Shown here: positions 1 to 8,945 of the stretch, one piece after another
Layout: every line of letters begins with the position of its first letter
Numbering within the stretch: the stretch's first letter is position 1
From: an uncultured Frigidibacter sp.
GTDB taxonomy: Bacteria; Pseudomonadota; Alphaproteobacteria; Rhodobacterales; Rhodobacteraceae
Length of the DNA stretch: 64,000 nucleotides
Direction of reading: 5' to 3'
Assembly: GCA_964582215.1 (NCBI GenBank)
Contig: CAZORV010000001.1
Location: 6,475-70,474 of the forward strand
Notes under the pieces: generated by a model
Seen by the model: the letters and a program-made list of their open reading frames with translations, nothing else
Told to the model about the DNA's origin: nothing
Databases searched by the model: none
Made by a program: the position numbers and the translations under genes

Positions 1-257
1 CGGCCATCGTCGGTTTCGGTGAAGGACGTCACCCGGCCGGCGCAGCCGATGGCCGACAGGCGGCGCTGGCCCTCGGGCGCCGGGCGGGGCTGGATGATGC
101 CGATCAGCCGGTCGCGGGTCTTCAGCACGTCGTCCAGCATCGCCAGATAGCGCGGTTCGAATATATGCAGCGGCAACCGCCCGCGCGGCAGCAAAAGCGC
201 CCCCGGCAAGGGAAAAAGCGCAATCGCCTCGGGCAGGTCTGCGGGTTTGACGAACAT
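1..257 (-). CDS. LON peptidase substrate-binding (N-terminal) domain protein, partial (runs off window start)
   Basis: Manual translation from ATG at 257: MFVKPADLPEAIALFPLPGALLLPRGRLPLHIFEPRYLAMLDDVLK..., which carries the PLFPL...LPLHIFEPRY signature. Sits directly downstream of ybbN. Confidence 0.9.
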   Translation of the reverse strand, partial: MFVKPADLPEAIALFPLPGALLLPRGRLPLHIFEPRYLAMLDDVLKTRDRLIGIIQPRPAPEGQRRLSAIGCAGRVTSFTETDDG

Positions 258-265
258 GCCGCCCC

Positions 266-1174
266 TCAGGCGAAGATCATCGACGACAGTTTCCGCCGGC
301 CACGCAGCACGACCGGATCGGTCGGCTTCAGCGCGTCGAAGATGGTGAAAAGCTGGCCCTTGGCGGCGCCGTCGTTCCAGTCGCGGTCAAGGCGGAACAG
401 GTCGAGAAGCGTATCGACCGCCTCGTCCACCCGGCCCGCCGCATGCAGCGCCAGCGCCAGATCGAACCGGGCCTGACGGTCGGCAGGGTCGGCCTGAACC
501 TTTGCCAGAAGCTCGCCCACCGGCCCGGCATCGGCCGCCTGACGCGCCAGTTCCAGCTGGGCGCGGGCGGCCTCAACCTCGACCGAACGGGCGATCTTGG
601 CGGGGGCGGCGTTCAGAAGGCCCTCGGCCTGATCAAGATTGCCCAGCGCCAGATGCGACCGCACCAGACCGGCATAGGCGGGCGCGCTTTCAGGTTCCTC
701 CCCCAGAATGGCGGCAAAGGTCTCGGCGGCGTCGACCGCCGCCCCCTCGGCCAGCATCTGTTCGGCGGCCTCGATCGCCTCGGCCAGGCCGCCGTCACCG
801 GCCAGCGCCGCCAGCTTGTCGACAAAGGCCTTGATCTCGGACCCCGGCAGGGCGCCCTGAAAGGCATCGACCGGCTTGCCCTGCCAGAAGGCATAGACCG
901 TGGGGATCGACTGGATGCGCAGCTGGCCCGCAATCATCTGGTTTTCATCGACATTGACCTTGGCCATGCGGACCTTGCCCCTGGCCGCGATCACCGCCGC
1001 CTCAAGCGCGGGCCCCAGCGTCTTGCAGGGCCCGCACCAGGGCGCCCAGAAGTCGACGATGACCGGCACTTCGCGGCTGGCCTCGATCACATCCTGCATG
1101 AAGGTCGCCTCGGCGACATCGCGGATCAGGTCGGCCGCCGGTGCAGCGGCGGGTTTCTGGCCGAATTCGAGCAT
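266..1174 (-). CDS. ybbN: Thioredoxin-TPR chaperedoxin (YbbN/CnoX)
   Basis: N-terminal thioredoxin fold with WAPWCGPC, then a helical TPR region ending RRKLSSMIFA. ATG at 1174 follows a GGGGGCGAGAG RBS-like stretch. Confidence 0.9.
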   Translation of the reverse strand: MLEFGQKPAAAPAADLIRDVAEATFMQDVIEASREVPVIVDFWAPWCGPCKTLGPALEAAVIAARGKVRMAKVNVDENQMIAGQLRIQSIPTVYAFWQGKPVDAFQGALPGSEIKAFVDKLAALAGDGGLAEAIEAAEQMLAEGAAVDAAETFAAILGEEPESAPAYAGLVRSHLALGNLDQAEGLLNAAPAKIARSVEVEAARAQLELARQAADAGPVGELLAKVQADPADRQARFDLALALHAAGRVDEAVDTLLDLFRLDRDWNDGAAKGQLFTIFDALKPTDPVVLRGRRKLSSMIFA

Positions 1175-1213
1175 CTCTCGCCCCCCGTGATTAAGCTGGA
1201 TCAAGCTGGCCCC

Positions 1214-1243
1214 TATATGAGTGTTCGGCCGTCAAAGGCCAAG
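1214..1243 (-). promoter_or_regulatory. Putative RpoH-type (heat shock) promoter of ybbN
   Basis: Minus strand reads CTTG-N18-CTCATATA, the same spacing as the peroxiredoxin promoter candidate. Resembles the alphaproteobacterial RpoH consensus. Confidence 0.35.
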
Positions 1244-1339
1244 GGGGTTCGCGACGCCGGACCGTGTGTCGAGCCCGGGGGGGTTCAGCCACTGCGGGGA
1301 CGAGGGGTTGCGCCCGGTGAACCGCGATGAACCTGTCCG

Positions 1340-2128
1340 TCAAAGGTCAAAGGTCGCAAGGACCGGGGCGTGGTCCGACGGCTGGTCCCAGCCGCGCGCG
1401 GCGCGCAGGACCCGGCTGGAATGGCTGGCCCCGGCGATGTCGGGCGTGGCCCAGACATGGTCAAGCCGGCGGCCCTTGTCGGCGGCGTCCCAGTCGGGCG
1501 ACCGGTAGGACCACCAGCTGTAAAGCGGCCCCTGCGGTATGTCCTTGCGGGTCACGTCGACCCAGGCGCCGGCCTCTTGTGCCGCCGCCAGATGGTCAAC
1601 CTCGACCGGCGTGTGGCTGACGATCTTCAGAAGCGCCTTGTGGTTCCAGACGTCATCTTCACGGGGGGCGATGTTCAGATCACCGACCATGATCGCGCGG
1701 TCCGGGGTCTGCCAGCGGAAATGGTCGCGCATCTCGGTCAGGAAATCGAGCTTCTGGCCGAATTTCACATTCTCTTCCCGGTCGGGAATATCGCCCCCGG
1801 CGGGGACGTAGAAATTGTGGATGATGACGCCGTTTTCCAGCCGGCCCGCGACATGGCGGGCATGGCCGAGGGCGGCGAAGTCGTGGCCGCCTGCGTCAAT
1901 GATCGGCAGTTTCGACAGGATCGCCACGCCGTTATAGCTTTTCTGCCCGCGTGCCACCCGGTAGCGGTAGCCCAGCGCCTCGAACGCCTCGGTCGGGATC
2001 TGTTCGGCCAGGCATTTGCATTCCTGCAGGCACAGGATGTCGGGCGCCTCTTCCGACAAAAGCCGGGCCACGATCGGTTCGCGCAGGCGGACCGAATTGA
2101 TGTTCCAGGTGGCGATGGTGAAGGGCAT
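1340..2128 (-). CDS. xth: Exodeoxyribonuclease III
   Basis: IATWNINSVR, CLQECK, YNGVAILS, GDLNIAP, YSWWSYR, RLDHVW and PSDHAPV motifs. ATG at 2128. Confidence 0.95.
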   Translation of the reverse strand: MPFTIATWNINSVRLREPIVARLLSEEAPDILCLQECKCLAEQIPTEAFEALGYRYRVARGQKSYNGVAILSKLPIIDAGGHDFAALGHARHVAGRLENGVIIHNFYVPAGGDIPDREENVKFGQKLDFLTEMRDHFRWQTPDRAIMVGDLNIAPREDDVWNHKALLKIVSHTPVEVDHLAAAQEAGAWVDVTRKDIPQGPLYSWWSYRSPDWDAADKGRRLDHVWATPDIAGASHSSRVLRAARGWDQPSDHAPVLATFDL

Positions 2129-2287
2129 GGCGGTTCCTCTGGCGCGGGGCGTGCAGCAGAATGGCAGCTTGTCCGGCAAAGCGCGAGGGGCAATTGGCCG
2201 CTTGTCACGCGACCGGAGTCGTGCCCGCCCCTTGTGACGACGCGCCGGTCGTGCCACATCTTTGCGGGCAACAGATCAGGTGACATC

Positions 2288-2830
2288 ATGCGCGTTTTCG
2301 CCCTTTTCCTTTTGGTCCTGTCGGTGGCCCTGCCCGCCGCTGCCCGTCCGCTGACCGAGGATGAGGCCGGGGGGCTGACCAGGGCGGTCGACAGCTATCG
2401 CCGGGCGACGATGGGCAAGAACGCCGAAAAGATCGTGGCGACGATTCCGCCGCGCGTGGTGAACGTCGTGGCCGGGTCGGCAGGGATCGAGGCGTCGAAG
2501 GTGCAAAAGACCCTGATCGAACAGACGACCGAACTGATGAAAACCTCGGCCGTCAGCGACTTTGTCACCGCGCCCGGCCCTTATGAGGCCAATGACGCGG
2601 TGCTGGACGACGGGACGGCGGTGGTCTGGGTGGTGGTTCCGGCGCAGTTCGTGGCCGAGGGCAACGGCAAGAAAACCCGCAACTCGCAGCCGCTTCTGGC
2701 GCTGCAAGAGGGCGGGAAATGGTATTTCAGCCGCATCGACGGGCCGCAGCAACAACAGATCGTCAGCTTTGCCTACCCGTTCATCGCCGGTGTCAAGCTG
2801 CCGGCGGCGGTCGTGCAGCCGCTGAACTGA
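2288..2830 (+). CDS. Secreted hypothetical protein
   Basis: C-terminal part of ORF 1370..2830, starting MRVFALFLLVLSVALPAAA (Sec signal peptide). Typical codon usage. Confidence 0.75.
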   Translation: MRVFALFLLVLSVALPAAARPLTEDEAGGLTRAVDSYRRATMGKNAEKIVATIPPRVVNVVAGSAGIEASKVQKTLIEQTTELMKTSAVSDFVTAPGPYEANDAVLDDGTAVVWVVVPAQFVAEGNGKKTRNSQPLLALQEGGKWYFSRIDGPQQQQIVSFAYPFIAGVKLPAAVVQPLN

Positions 2831-2845
2831 CGGGCGGGCGCCGGG

Positions 2846-4090
2846 ATGGGCAGCGGTCCGGACCGGAGCTTGCTGCGCGACAACCGGAACTACCGGCTGC
2901 ATTTTCTGGCGACGGTGATTTCCAACCTCGGCGACGGGGTTTCGGTGGTGGCGCTTCCCTGGCTTGCGACGCTGCTCAGCCGCGACCCGTTGCTGATCTC
3001 GCTGGTGGTGATGGCGGGGCGTCTGCCGTGGTTCCTGTTCGCCCTGCCCGCCGGGGTCTGGACCGACCGCGCCGACCGCAGGCGGCTGATGGTCGGCGCC
3101 GATCTGGTGCGGATGGCGCTGACGGCGGCGATCATCGTGCTGGTCGTGCTGGTGACGCAGGCGGGCGGTCATGGGGCGATCCTGGCGCTGGCGGGGCTGA
3201 GCTTCCTGCTCGGCACGGCCGAGGTGGTCCGTGACAATGCCGCCCAGACGCTGATGCCCGCGATCGTCGATCCCGCGGCGCTAGAGCGCGCCAATGGCCA
3301 GCTGTGGAGCGCGGAAGAGGTGATGAACCGGTTCGTCGGCCCGCCGCTGGCCGGGGCGCTGATCGGGATGGGGATCGCCCTGCCCTTCGGATTTGACGCG
3401 GCGACCTTCGCCATCGCGGCCGCGCTCGTGTCGCGGATGACCCTGCCGCGCGCGGCGCCACCGCCGCCGCGTCCGTTCATGAGCGAGATGAAAGAGGGCT
3501 TGGTCTGGCTATGGTCCCATGCGCTGATCCGGCGGCTGGCGATCATCCTTGGCCTGACCAACGCGGTTTTCACCGCGGCCATGGCCATGCTGGCGCTTTA
3601 TGCGCAGGAATTGCTGCATCTGGGCGCCTTTGCCTATGGGGCCCTGCTGACGGCGGGGGCGGTCGGCGGGGTTCTGGCGGGGATGGCGGGCCCGGCGATC
3701 ACGGCGCGCCTCGGGCCGGGGGCGACCGTGCATCTGGCGATGGCGATCTTTGCCGGGGGCTATCTGATCCTCGGGCTCTGGCCCTCGCTGCCGGTGGCGG
3801 TGATCGGCCTGTTCGCCGATGCCTTTGGCGGGGTCCTGTGGAATGTCGTGACCGTGTCCTACCGGCAAAGGGCGATCCCGCCGCAGCTTCTGGGCCGGGT
3901 CAATTCGGTCTACCGGTTCCTCGGCTGGGGGATGATGCCGCTGGGGGCGCTTGCCGGTGGCATGGCGGTGCGGCTGGCCGAACCGCTGATCGGCCGCGAG
4001 GCGGCGCTGCAGGCGCCGTTCCTGGTCGCTGGTCTGGTGACGGTCGGGCTGACGCTTTACGGCATGGCGCGGCTGCGCTTTCCGGAATAG
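2846..4090 (+). CDS. MFS transporter (EntS/MefA-like efflux family)
   Basis: About 12 hydrophobic segments. Motif A variant GVWTDRADRRRLM. C-terminal QRAIPPQLLGRVNS. Confidence 0.9.
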   Translation: MGSGPDRSLLRDNRNYRLHFLATVISNLGDGVSVVALPWLATLLSRDPLLISLVVMAGRLPWFLFALPAGVWTDRADRRRLMVGADLVRMALTAAIIVLVVLVTQAGGHGAILALAGLSFLLGTAEVVRDNAAQTLMPAIVDPAALERANGQLWSAEEVMNRFVGPPLAGALIGMGIALPFGFDAATFAIAAALVSRMTLPRAAPPPPRPFMSEMKEGLVWLWSHALIRRLAIILGLTNAVFTAAMAMLALYAQELLHLGAFAYGALLTAGAVGGVLAGMAGPAITARLGPGATVHLAMAIFAGGYLILGLWPSLPVAVIGLFADAFGGVLWNVVTVSYRQRAIPPQLLGRVNSVYRFLGWGMMPLGALAGGMAVRLAEPLIGREAALQAPFLVAGLVTVGLTLYGMARLRFPE

Positions 4091-4148
4091 CCCGGGCACT
4101 GCGTGACTGGGGCGGCGAGCCTGCCGCTTGCGCCAATGCCCCTCCAAA

Positions 4149-4168
4149 ACGCCGGGCTGAGTGGGAAG
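4149..4168 (+). repeat. Dispersed intergenic repeat motif A, copy 1
   Basis: ACGCCGGGCTGAGTGGGAAG is near-identical to 9701-9720 and 16763-16782. Confidence 0.7.
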
Positions 4169-4188
4169 TCGGCCCGACAGGTTGACCA

Positions 4189-4214
4189 GGAGGCCCCGGC
4201 GCGGAGGCCGGGGC
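4189..4214 (+). repeat. REP-like hairpin family B, copy 1
   Basis: GGAG-GCCCCGGC-gcggag-GCCGGGGC has the same head and 8-bp stem as 6813-6836. Confidence 0.65.
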
Positions 4215-4245
4215 GCGTGGCGCGAGACGGCCAGCGCCCGCGGGC

Positions 4246-4275
4246 AAAAAAAAGACCCGGGCCGAAGCCCGGGCC
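4246..4275 (-). terminator. Rho-independent terminator of cenR/SorX
   Basis: GGCCCGGGC-TTCG-GCCCGGGTC followed by T8 on the minus strand (cUUCGg tetraloop). Confidence 0.9.
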
Positions 4276-4326
4276 AGTCCAACAGGGAGGATACCGCATC
4301 ATGACCCCGATGCGGCCAGGGGAACT
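4246..4326 (-). ncRNA. sorX: SorX-like 3'-UTR-derived sRNA downstream of cenR (ompR-1)
   Basis: Directly after the cenR stop codon: GTTCCCC, a CCGCATC/GATGCGG hairpin, a single-stranded anti-SD CCTCCCTGTTGGACT, then a terminator. SorX of Rhodobacter (Cereibacter) sphaeroides is processed from the 3' UTR of the orthologous gene RSP_0847. The 5' end is approximate. Confidence 0.75.
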
Positions 4327-5012
4327 CATGGAGCCAATCTATAACCACCGGATTCGGTCACAAGAAGGCGGGCATTTGACGGATCTGGTTCTATTTTTTG
4401 TCTTAAACGGTAAATGTGCGTTTCCAGAGTGTGGGTCGTCACACCGGCATTATAGCCCCAGACCTCGTGCAGAAGCACATCCCGCGCCACCACCGCGTCA
4501 CCGGCGCGGTAGAGGTATTTCAGAATGTTGGTTTCCTTTTCCGTCAGCCGGATTTTCTTGTCTTTTACGTCGATTAGCATCTTCATCGCCGGCTTGAACG
4601 TATAGGGCCCAAGGCCGAAAACCGCATCCTCGGACGCCTCATGGGTGCGCAGCTGGGCACGGATCCGGGCCAGCAGAACCGGGAACTTGAACGGCTTGGT
4701 CACATAGTCGTTGGCGCCCGCGTCCAGCCCCAGAATTGTGTCAGCATCCGTGTCATGGCCGGTCAGCATGAGAATCGGGCATTTGACCCCCTGCTTGCGC
4801 AGACGGCGACAAAGCTCGCGCCCGTCCGTATCGGGCAGGCCCACGTCAAGCACGATCAGATCATACCCCTCACCCTTGGCCTTCTCGACGGCCTCGGCAC
4901 CGTTGCCCGCCTCATACACGTCGAAATCGTCGGTCGAGAGCAGCTGCTCGGCCAGCGCCTCGCGCAGATCCTCGTCATCATCGACAAGCAGGATTTTCTT
5001 CAGGGTCGCCAT
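4326..5012 (-). CDS. cenR: Orphan OmpR-family response regulator, CenR ortholog
   Basis: Receiver domain (ILLVDDD, VLDVGLPD, KPF) plus winged helix ending THTLETHIYRLRQKIEPDPSNARLLVTESGGYRL, typical of CenR. No adjacent kinase. Divergent from ribA. Confidence 0.85.
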   Translation of the reverse strand: MATLKKILLVDDDEDLREALAEQLLSTDDFDVYEAGNGAEAVEKAKGEGYDLIVLDVGLPDTDGRELCRRLRKQGVKCPILMLTGHDTDADTILGLDAGANDYVTKPFKFPVLLARIRAQLRTHEASEDAVFGLGPYTFKPAMKMLIDVKDKKIRLTEKETNILKYLYRAGDAVVARDVLLHEVWGYNAGVTTHTLETHIYRLRQKIEPDPSNARLLVTESGGYRLAP

Positions 5013-5170
5013 TCCGGCCTCCGTCCTTCGCTGGTCCAGAGATGCCCGCTCGTCACATCTGCGGCAAGGTATGCGACAATGGCCTCACGTGGACGTGTCA
5101 AATGCGGGGGATATGTTTCAATTTGCGTCAGGCGCGACTATCTAGGGGGGGTTGATCTTGACGGACGCCC

Positions 5171-6250
5171 ATGACCCTTGGCCTGACATCCGCCGAACGG
5201 CTGAACCGCGCCCGCGCCGATCTGCGCATGGGGGTGCCGGTGGTCCTGTCCGGCGATCAGGGCGCGGCGCTGGTCATCGCGGCCGAAGGGCTGGCGGCCG
5301 AGCGGCTGGCCGACCTGCGGCGGCTGGGCGCGCCGGTACTGGCGCTGACGGCGCGGCGGGCGGCGACGCTGAAGATCGCGGCCTATGACGGCGATCTGGT
5401 GCGGCTGCTGGTGCCCGGCGATGCCGATGGCGCCTGGGTCCGCGACATGGCCGATCCGGCCCGCGATCTGTCACACCCGATGAAGGGGCCGTTCCGGGCC
5501 GAACGCGGCGGGACGGCGGCATCGGCGCGGGCGGCGCTGGGGCTGATCAAGTCGGCGCATCTGCTGCCGGCGGCGCTGATGGTTGAGCTGCCCGAGGGAA
5601 CGGCGGGGACCGGGTCGCTGACGTGGCTGACGGCGGCTGACCTTGCGGCCGGCGCGGCGGCCGCGGCGCTTTACCCGGTGGCGGCGGCACGGGTGCCGAT
5701 GGCCGCGTCCGAGGCGGGCCGCGTGCATGTCTTTCGCCCCGAGGCCGGGGGCGAGGATCACTACGCGATCGAGATCGGCGCCCCCGACCGCGGCCAGCCG
5801 GTTCTGGCGCGGCTGCATTCGGCCTGTTTCACCGGCGACGTGCTTGGCAGTCTGAAATGCGACTGCGGGGCGCAGCTGGCCGCAGCGCTGGCGCAGATGG
5901 GCGCCGAGGGGTCGGGCGTGCTGCTGTACCTGAACCAGGAGGGGCGGGGGATTGGCCTCGCCAACAAGATGCGGGCCTATTCGCTGCAGGATCAGGGGTT
6001 TGACACGGTCGAGGCCAATCACCGGCTGGGGTTCGAGGATGACGAGCGGGATTTCCGCACCGGCGCCGCGATCCTGCGGCGGATGGGCTTTGGCGCGGTG
6101 CGGCTGATGACCAACAACCCCCGCAAGATCGCGATGATGGAGGCGGCGGGGCTGACGGTCGCGGCACGGGTGCCGCTGCAGGTCGGCCAGACCCGGCAGA
6201 ACGCGGCTTACCTTGCGACCAAGGCGCGGAAGTCGGGGCATCTGCTGTGA
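5171..6250 (+). CDS. ribA: GTP cyclohydrolase II with degenerate N-terminal domain
   Basis: RLHSACFTGDVLGSLKCDCG, QEGRGIGLANK, DTVEAN and RLMTNNPRK motifs. Confidence 0.95.
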   Translation: MTLGLTSAERLNRARADLRMGVPVVLSGDQGAALVIAAEGLAAERLADLRRLGAPVLALTARRAATLKIAAYDGDLVRLLVPGDADGAWVRDMADPARDLSHPMKGPFRAERGGTAASARAALGLIKSAHLLPAALMVELPEGTAGTGSLTWLTAADLAAGAAAAALYPVAAARVPMAASEAGRVHVFRPEAGGEDHYAIEIGAPDRGQPVLARLHSACFTGDVLGSLKCDCGAQLAAALAQMGAEGSGVLLYLNQEGRGIGLANKMRAYSLQDQGFDTVEANHRLGFEDDERDFRTGAAILRRMGFGAVRLMTNNPRKIAMMEAAGLTVAARVPLQVGQTRQNAAYLATKARKSGHLL

Positions 6251-6792
6251 GGGCGGGCGCGATGCTGCTGCTGCCCGGCGGCCTGTGGTTTCGCGGGCGG
6301 CGGTTGCCGGTGACATGGGGGCGTGGCGGGATCAGTGCCGCGAAACGCGAGGGTGACGGCTGCACGCCCGCCGGCCTGCTGCGGATCGTCGGCACGCTTT
6401 ACCGTCCCGACCGGATCGCGCCGGGCGACGTGCCGCCCTGGGCGCGGCCGATCGGGCTGCAGGACCGCTGGTGCGACGCGCCGGACCATCCGGACTATAA
6501 CCATCTGGTGCGCAAGGCTTTTGGCGCCACAAACGAAAGGTTGCGGCGGGCCGATCCGCTGTACGATCTGCTGATGGTGACCGACTGGAACTGGCCGGAC
6601 GCGGTGCCGGGGCGCGGGTCGGCGATCTTTCTGCATGGCTGGCGCCGGCTGGGCCATCCGACGGCCGGCTGTCTGGCCTTTCGCCGCGACCACCTGATCT
6701 GGCTGGCCAACCGGGCGCCGCCCGGCACCCGACTGATCATCCCGCCGCCGGTGGGGCGTGACGCAGCCCCGGCGCAGGCCGGGGCCTCGTAG
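6247..6792 (+). CDS. L,D-transpeptidase (YkuD-like) family protein
   Basis: KREGDGCTPAG and GSAIFLH...PTAGC (catalytic His/Cys). GTGA overlap with the ribA stop. Confidence 0.85.
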   Translation: MRAGAMLLLPGGLWFRGRRLPVTWGRGGISAAKREGDGCTPAGLLRIVGTLYRPDRIAPGDVPPWARPIGLQDRWCDAPDHPDYNHLVRKAFGATNERLRRADPLYDLLMVTDWNWPDAVPGRGSAIFLHGWRRLGHPTAGCLAFRRDHLIWLANRAPPGTRLIIPPPVGRDAAPAQAGAS

Positions 6793-6812
6793 CAGACCGC
6801 CAGACCTGAGGT

Positions 6813-6836
6813 GGAGGCCCCGGCTTTCGCCGGGGC
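6813..6836 (+). repeat. REP-like hairpin family B, copy 2
   Basis: GGAG-GCCCCGGC-tttc-GCCGGGGC in a convergent intergenic gap. Confidence 0.65.
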
Positions 6837-7036
6837 TGCGTTGCGCCCGGTTTGGAGCCGGGTCTTGGGGGCTGGAACCATTCATGGCGCGCCCGGCCCG
6901 ACAAGGCGGGCTTCGGGGGGAAGCACGCCCGGGCGGTTGGCCGGAGGCGCGAGCCGGAAGCCAAGAGGTCATCCACCCGCATCAGGCGCGGGGCAATCGG
7001 GTGGGGGCCGACCGATCTGATCACGCTTTGACGCCG

Positions 7037-7690
7037 TCAGTCCCTCGCCCGGGCGCCGAAGATGGCCGAGCCGATCCGCACATGGGTGGCGCCTTCGGCG
7101 ATGGCGGCCTCGAAATCGGCGGACATACCCATCGACAGGCCGGCAAGGCCGTTCCGTTCGGCCAGTGCCCGCAGTGACCGGAAATGCGGGCGTGGGTCTT
7201 CGCCCTCGGGGGGGATGCACATCAGGCCCGCCAGCGGCAGGCCCATCGCCCGGCAACCGGCGATGAAGCCATCTGCATCCCCGGGCAGGACACCGGCCTT
7301 TTGCGGCTCGGACCCGGTGTTGACCTGCACGAACAGTTCGGGACAGGCCCCCCGCGCCTCGGCCAGCCGCGCCAGTTTCTCGGCCAGCGACGGCCGGTCG
7401 AGCGTGTGGATCGCCTCGAACAGTTCGACCGCGAGTTTGGCCTTGTTGGTCTGCAGGGGGCCGATCAGATGGACGGCGGTGCCGGGAACCAGGGCGCGGA
7501 AGGCGGGCCATTTCGCCTGCGCTTCCTGCACGTAAGTCTCGCCGAAAAGCCGCTGCCCCGCCGCCAGCGCCGCCGCCACCCGGTCCTGCGGCTGCAGCTT
7601 CGACACGGCGATCAGCCGCACCGCCCCGGCCGGACGCCCGGCCGCCTGTTCGGCTGCGGCAATGCGGGCGGTGATTTCGGTCAGCGACAT
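7037..7690 (-). CDS. yggS: PLP homeostasis protein, YggS family
   Basis: LIAVSK, FGETYVQEA, HLIGPLQTNKAK, LSMGMSADF and THVRIGSAIFG motifs. Confidence 0.95.
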   Translation of the reverse strand: MSLTEITARIAAAEQAAGRPAGAVRLIAVSKLQPQDRVAAALAAGQRLFGETYVQEAQAKWPAFRALVPGTAVHLIGPLQTNKAKLAVELFEAIHTLDRPSLAEKLARLAEARGACPELFVQVNTGSEPQKAGVLPGDADGFIAGCRAMGLPLAGLMCIPPEGEDPRPHFRSLRALAERNGLAGLSMGMSADFEAAIAEGATHVRIGSAIFGARARD

Positions 7691-7729
7691 GGCAGCCCCC
7701 GGGGGTGGTTTCAGGACACCGGGCTAGCG

Positions 7730-7761
7730 AAAAAGAAAAGAGCGGGCAATGCCCGCTCTTT
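7730..7761 (-). terminator. Rho-independent terminator of the porin gene
   Basis: AAAGAGCGGGCA/TGCCCGCTCTTT stem followed by a T-rich tail on the minus strand. Confidence 0.85.
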
Positions 7762-7782
7762 CCGTAGCGATTGATCCGGAGA

Positions 7783-8670
7783 TCAGAACTGGAACGTCAG
7801 GCCAAGGTCGCCGATCGTGTCGGTGCCATTGTCAACGATACCGCCGACCAGAGCAGCGCCGCCGCCGAGGTCGTAGGAAGCGCCCAGACCGAACGTGTCG
7901 GTGTTGGCGAAGTCGACGTTGCTGGTGGCGAACGCGGTGATCGTGGTCGCGCCAGTCACGTAGTCGAGCGACAGAGCCGCGGCGACGTCAGCAGCCGAGT
8001 CACGGTCAACAACTTTCGCTTTGACGGTGGCGGCGCCGAAGGTGGCCGAACCGATCAGAGTGACTTGCGAGTCGGAGTTGTTGTCTTCGTAGGCAAGGCC
8101 GACCGAGTAGGTGTCAGCCGAGTACTTGACCGCGACCGAGACAAACTCGTCATCGGTGGTGTCAGCATCAAGCGCGTCGATCACGCCGTCTTTGTTGGTG
8201 TCGACGAGAGCATCGGTGTCGATGGTCTGACCCAGACCCAGAGCGAACGCCCAGGGGCCATTCGAATAGTCATACTGCGCACCAGTCACGTCACGGCCGA
8301 TGAAGCCGATTTCGTTGAGGTCGCCGAGGCCTTCGTAGCCGACGCCCGAAACCTGACCCAGCAGCGAGTCCGAAGCGTTGCCGGTGTCACCCATGGTGAC
8401 TTTGCCGAACGCGCCCGAAACCCAGACGGTCGAGTCGCCATTGGCGGTGTTGCCAACGCCCGACTGGTCGTTACGGACCGAGGCGCCGAACGACAGGCCC
8501 GAATCCGATTCGCCCGAAGCGTCGAAGATGATCCGGATACGCGACGAGAAAGCCGCGTCGTTGCCGTCATAGACCACACCCATGCGGCCTTTGCCCGAAA
8601 CTTTCACTTCGGCAGCGGCGGCACCAGCAACCAGCATCAGCGCCGAGGTCGCAAGAAGAACCTTTTTCAT
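7783..8670 (-). CDS. Major outer membrane porin (Rhodobacter-type)
   Basis: Signal peptide MKKVLLATSALMLVAGAAAA, then EVKVSGKGRMG, SGESDSGLSFGAS, amphipathic beta strands and C-terminal Phe. Codon bias of a highly expressed gene. Confidence 0.92.
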   Translation of the reverse strand: MKKVLLATSALMLVAGAAAAEVKVSGKGRMGVVYDGNDAAFSSRIRIIFDASGESDSGLSFGASVRNDQSGVGNTANGDSTVWVSGAFGKVTMGDTGNASDSLLGQVSGVGYEGLGDLNEIGFIGRDVTGAQYDYSNGPWAFALGLGQTIDTDALVDTNKDGVIDALDADTTDDEFVSVAVKYSADTYSVGLAYEDNNSDSQVTLIGSATFGAATVKAKVVDRDSAADVAAALSLDYVTGATTITAFATSNVDFANTDTFGLGASYDLGGGAALVGGIVDNGTDTIGDLGLTFQF

Positions 8671-8945
8671 TTCGTTTCCCTCGTTGTGTCAAAGGTAGGC
8701 CCAACTCAGGGGAATCCGAATTGGGTATGCCCCTATTTCTCCCCTCGGTGCCGCTATTGCAATGGAAAGGGGCAGGGTTGCGGGAAGAACGGGGGCGATG
8801 GTGCAGTCTTGCCACAGTCACCGGGACGGGGCCGACAACCGGGCTGCGGACGGGTGGCCCGGCGCGTCTCGGGAAAAGCCTTGTTCGCCGCAAGGGGGTC
8901 GGCTAGACAGCCTTGATGACAGTTAAAGTCTTATGGGCAGGGTCG

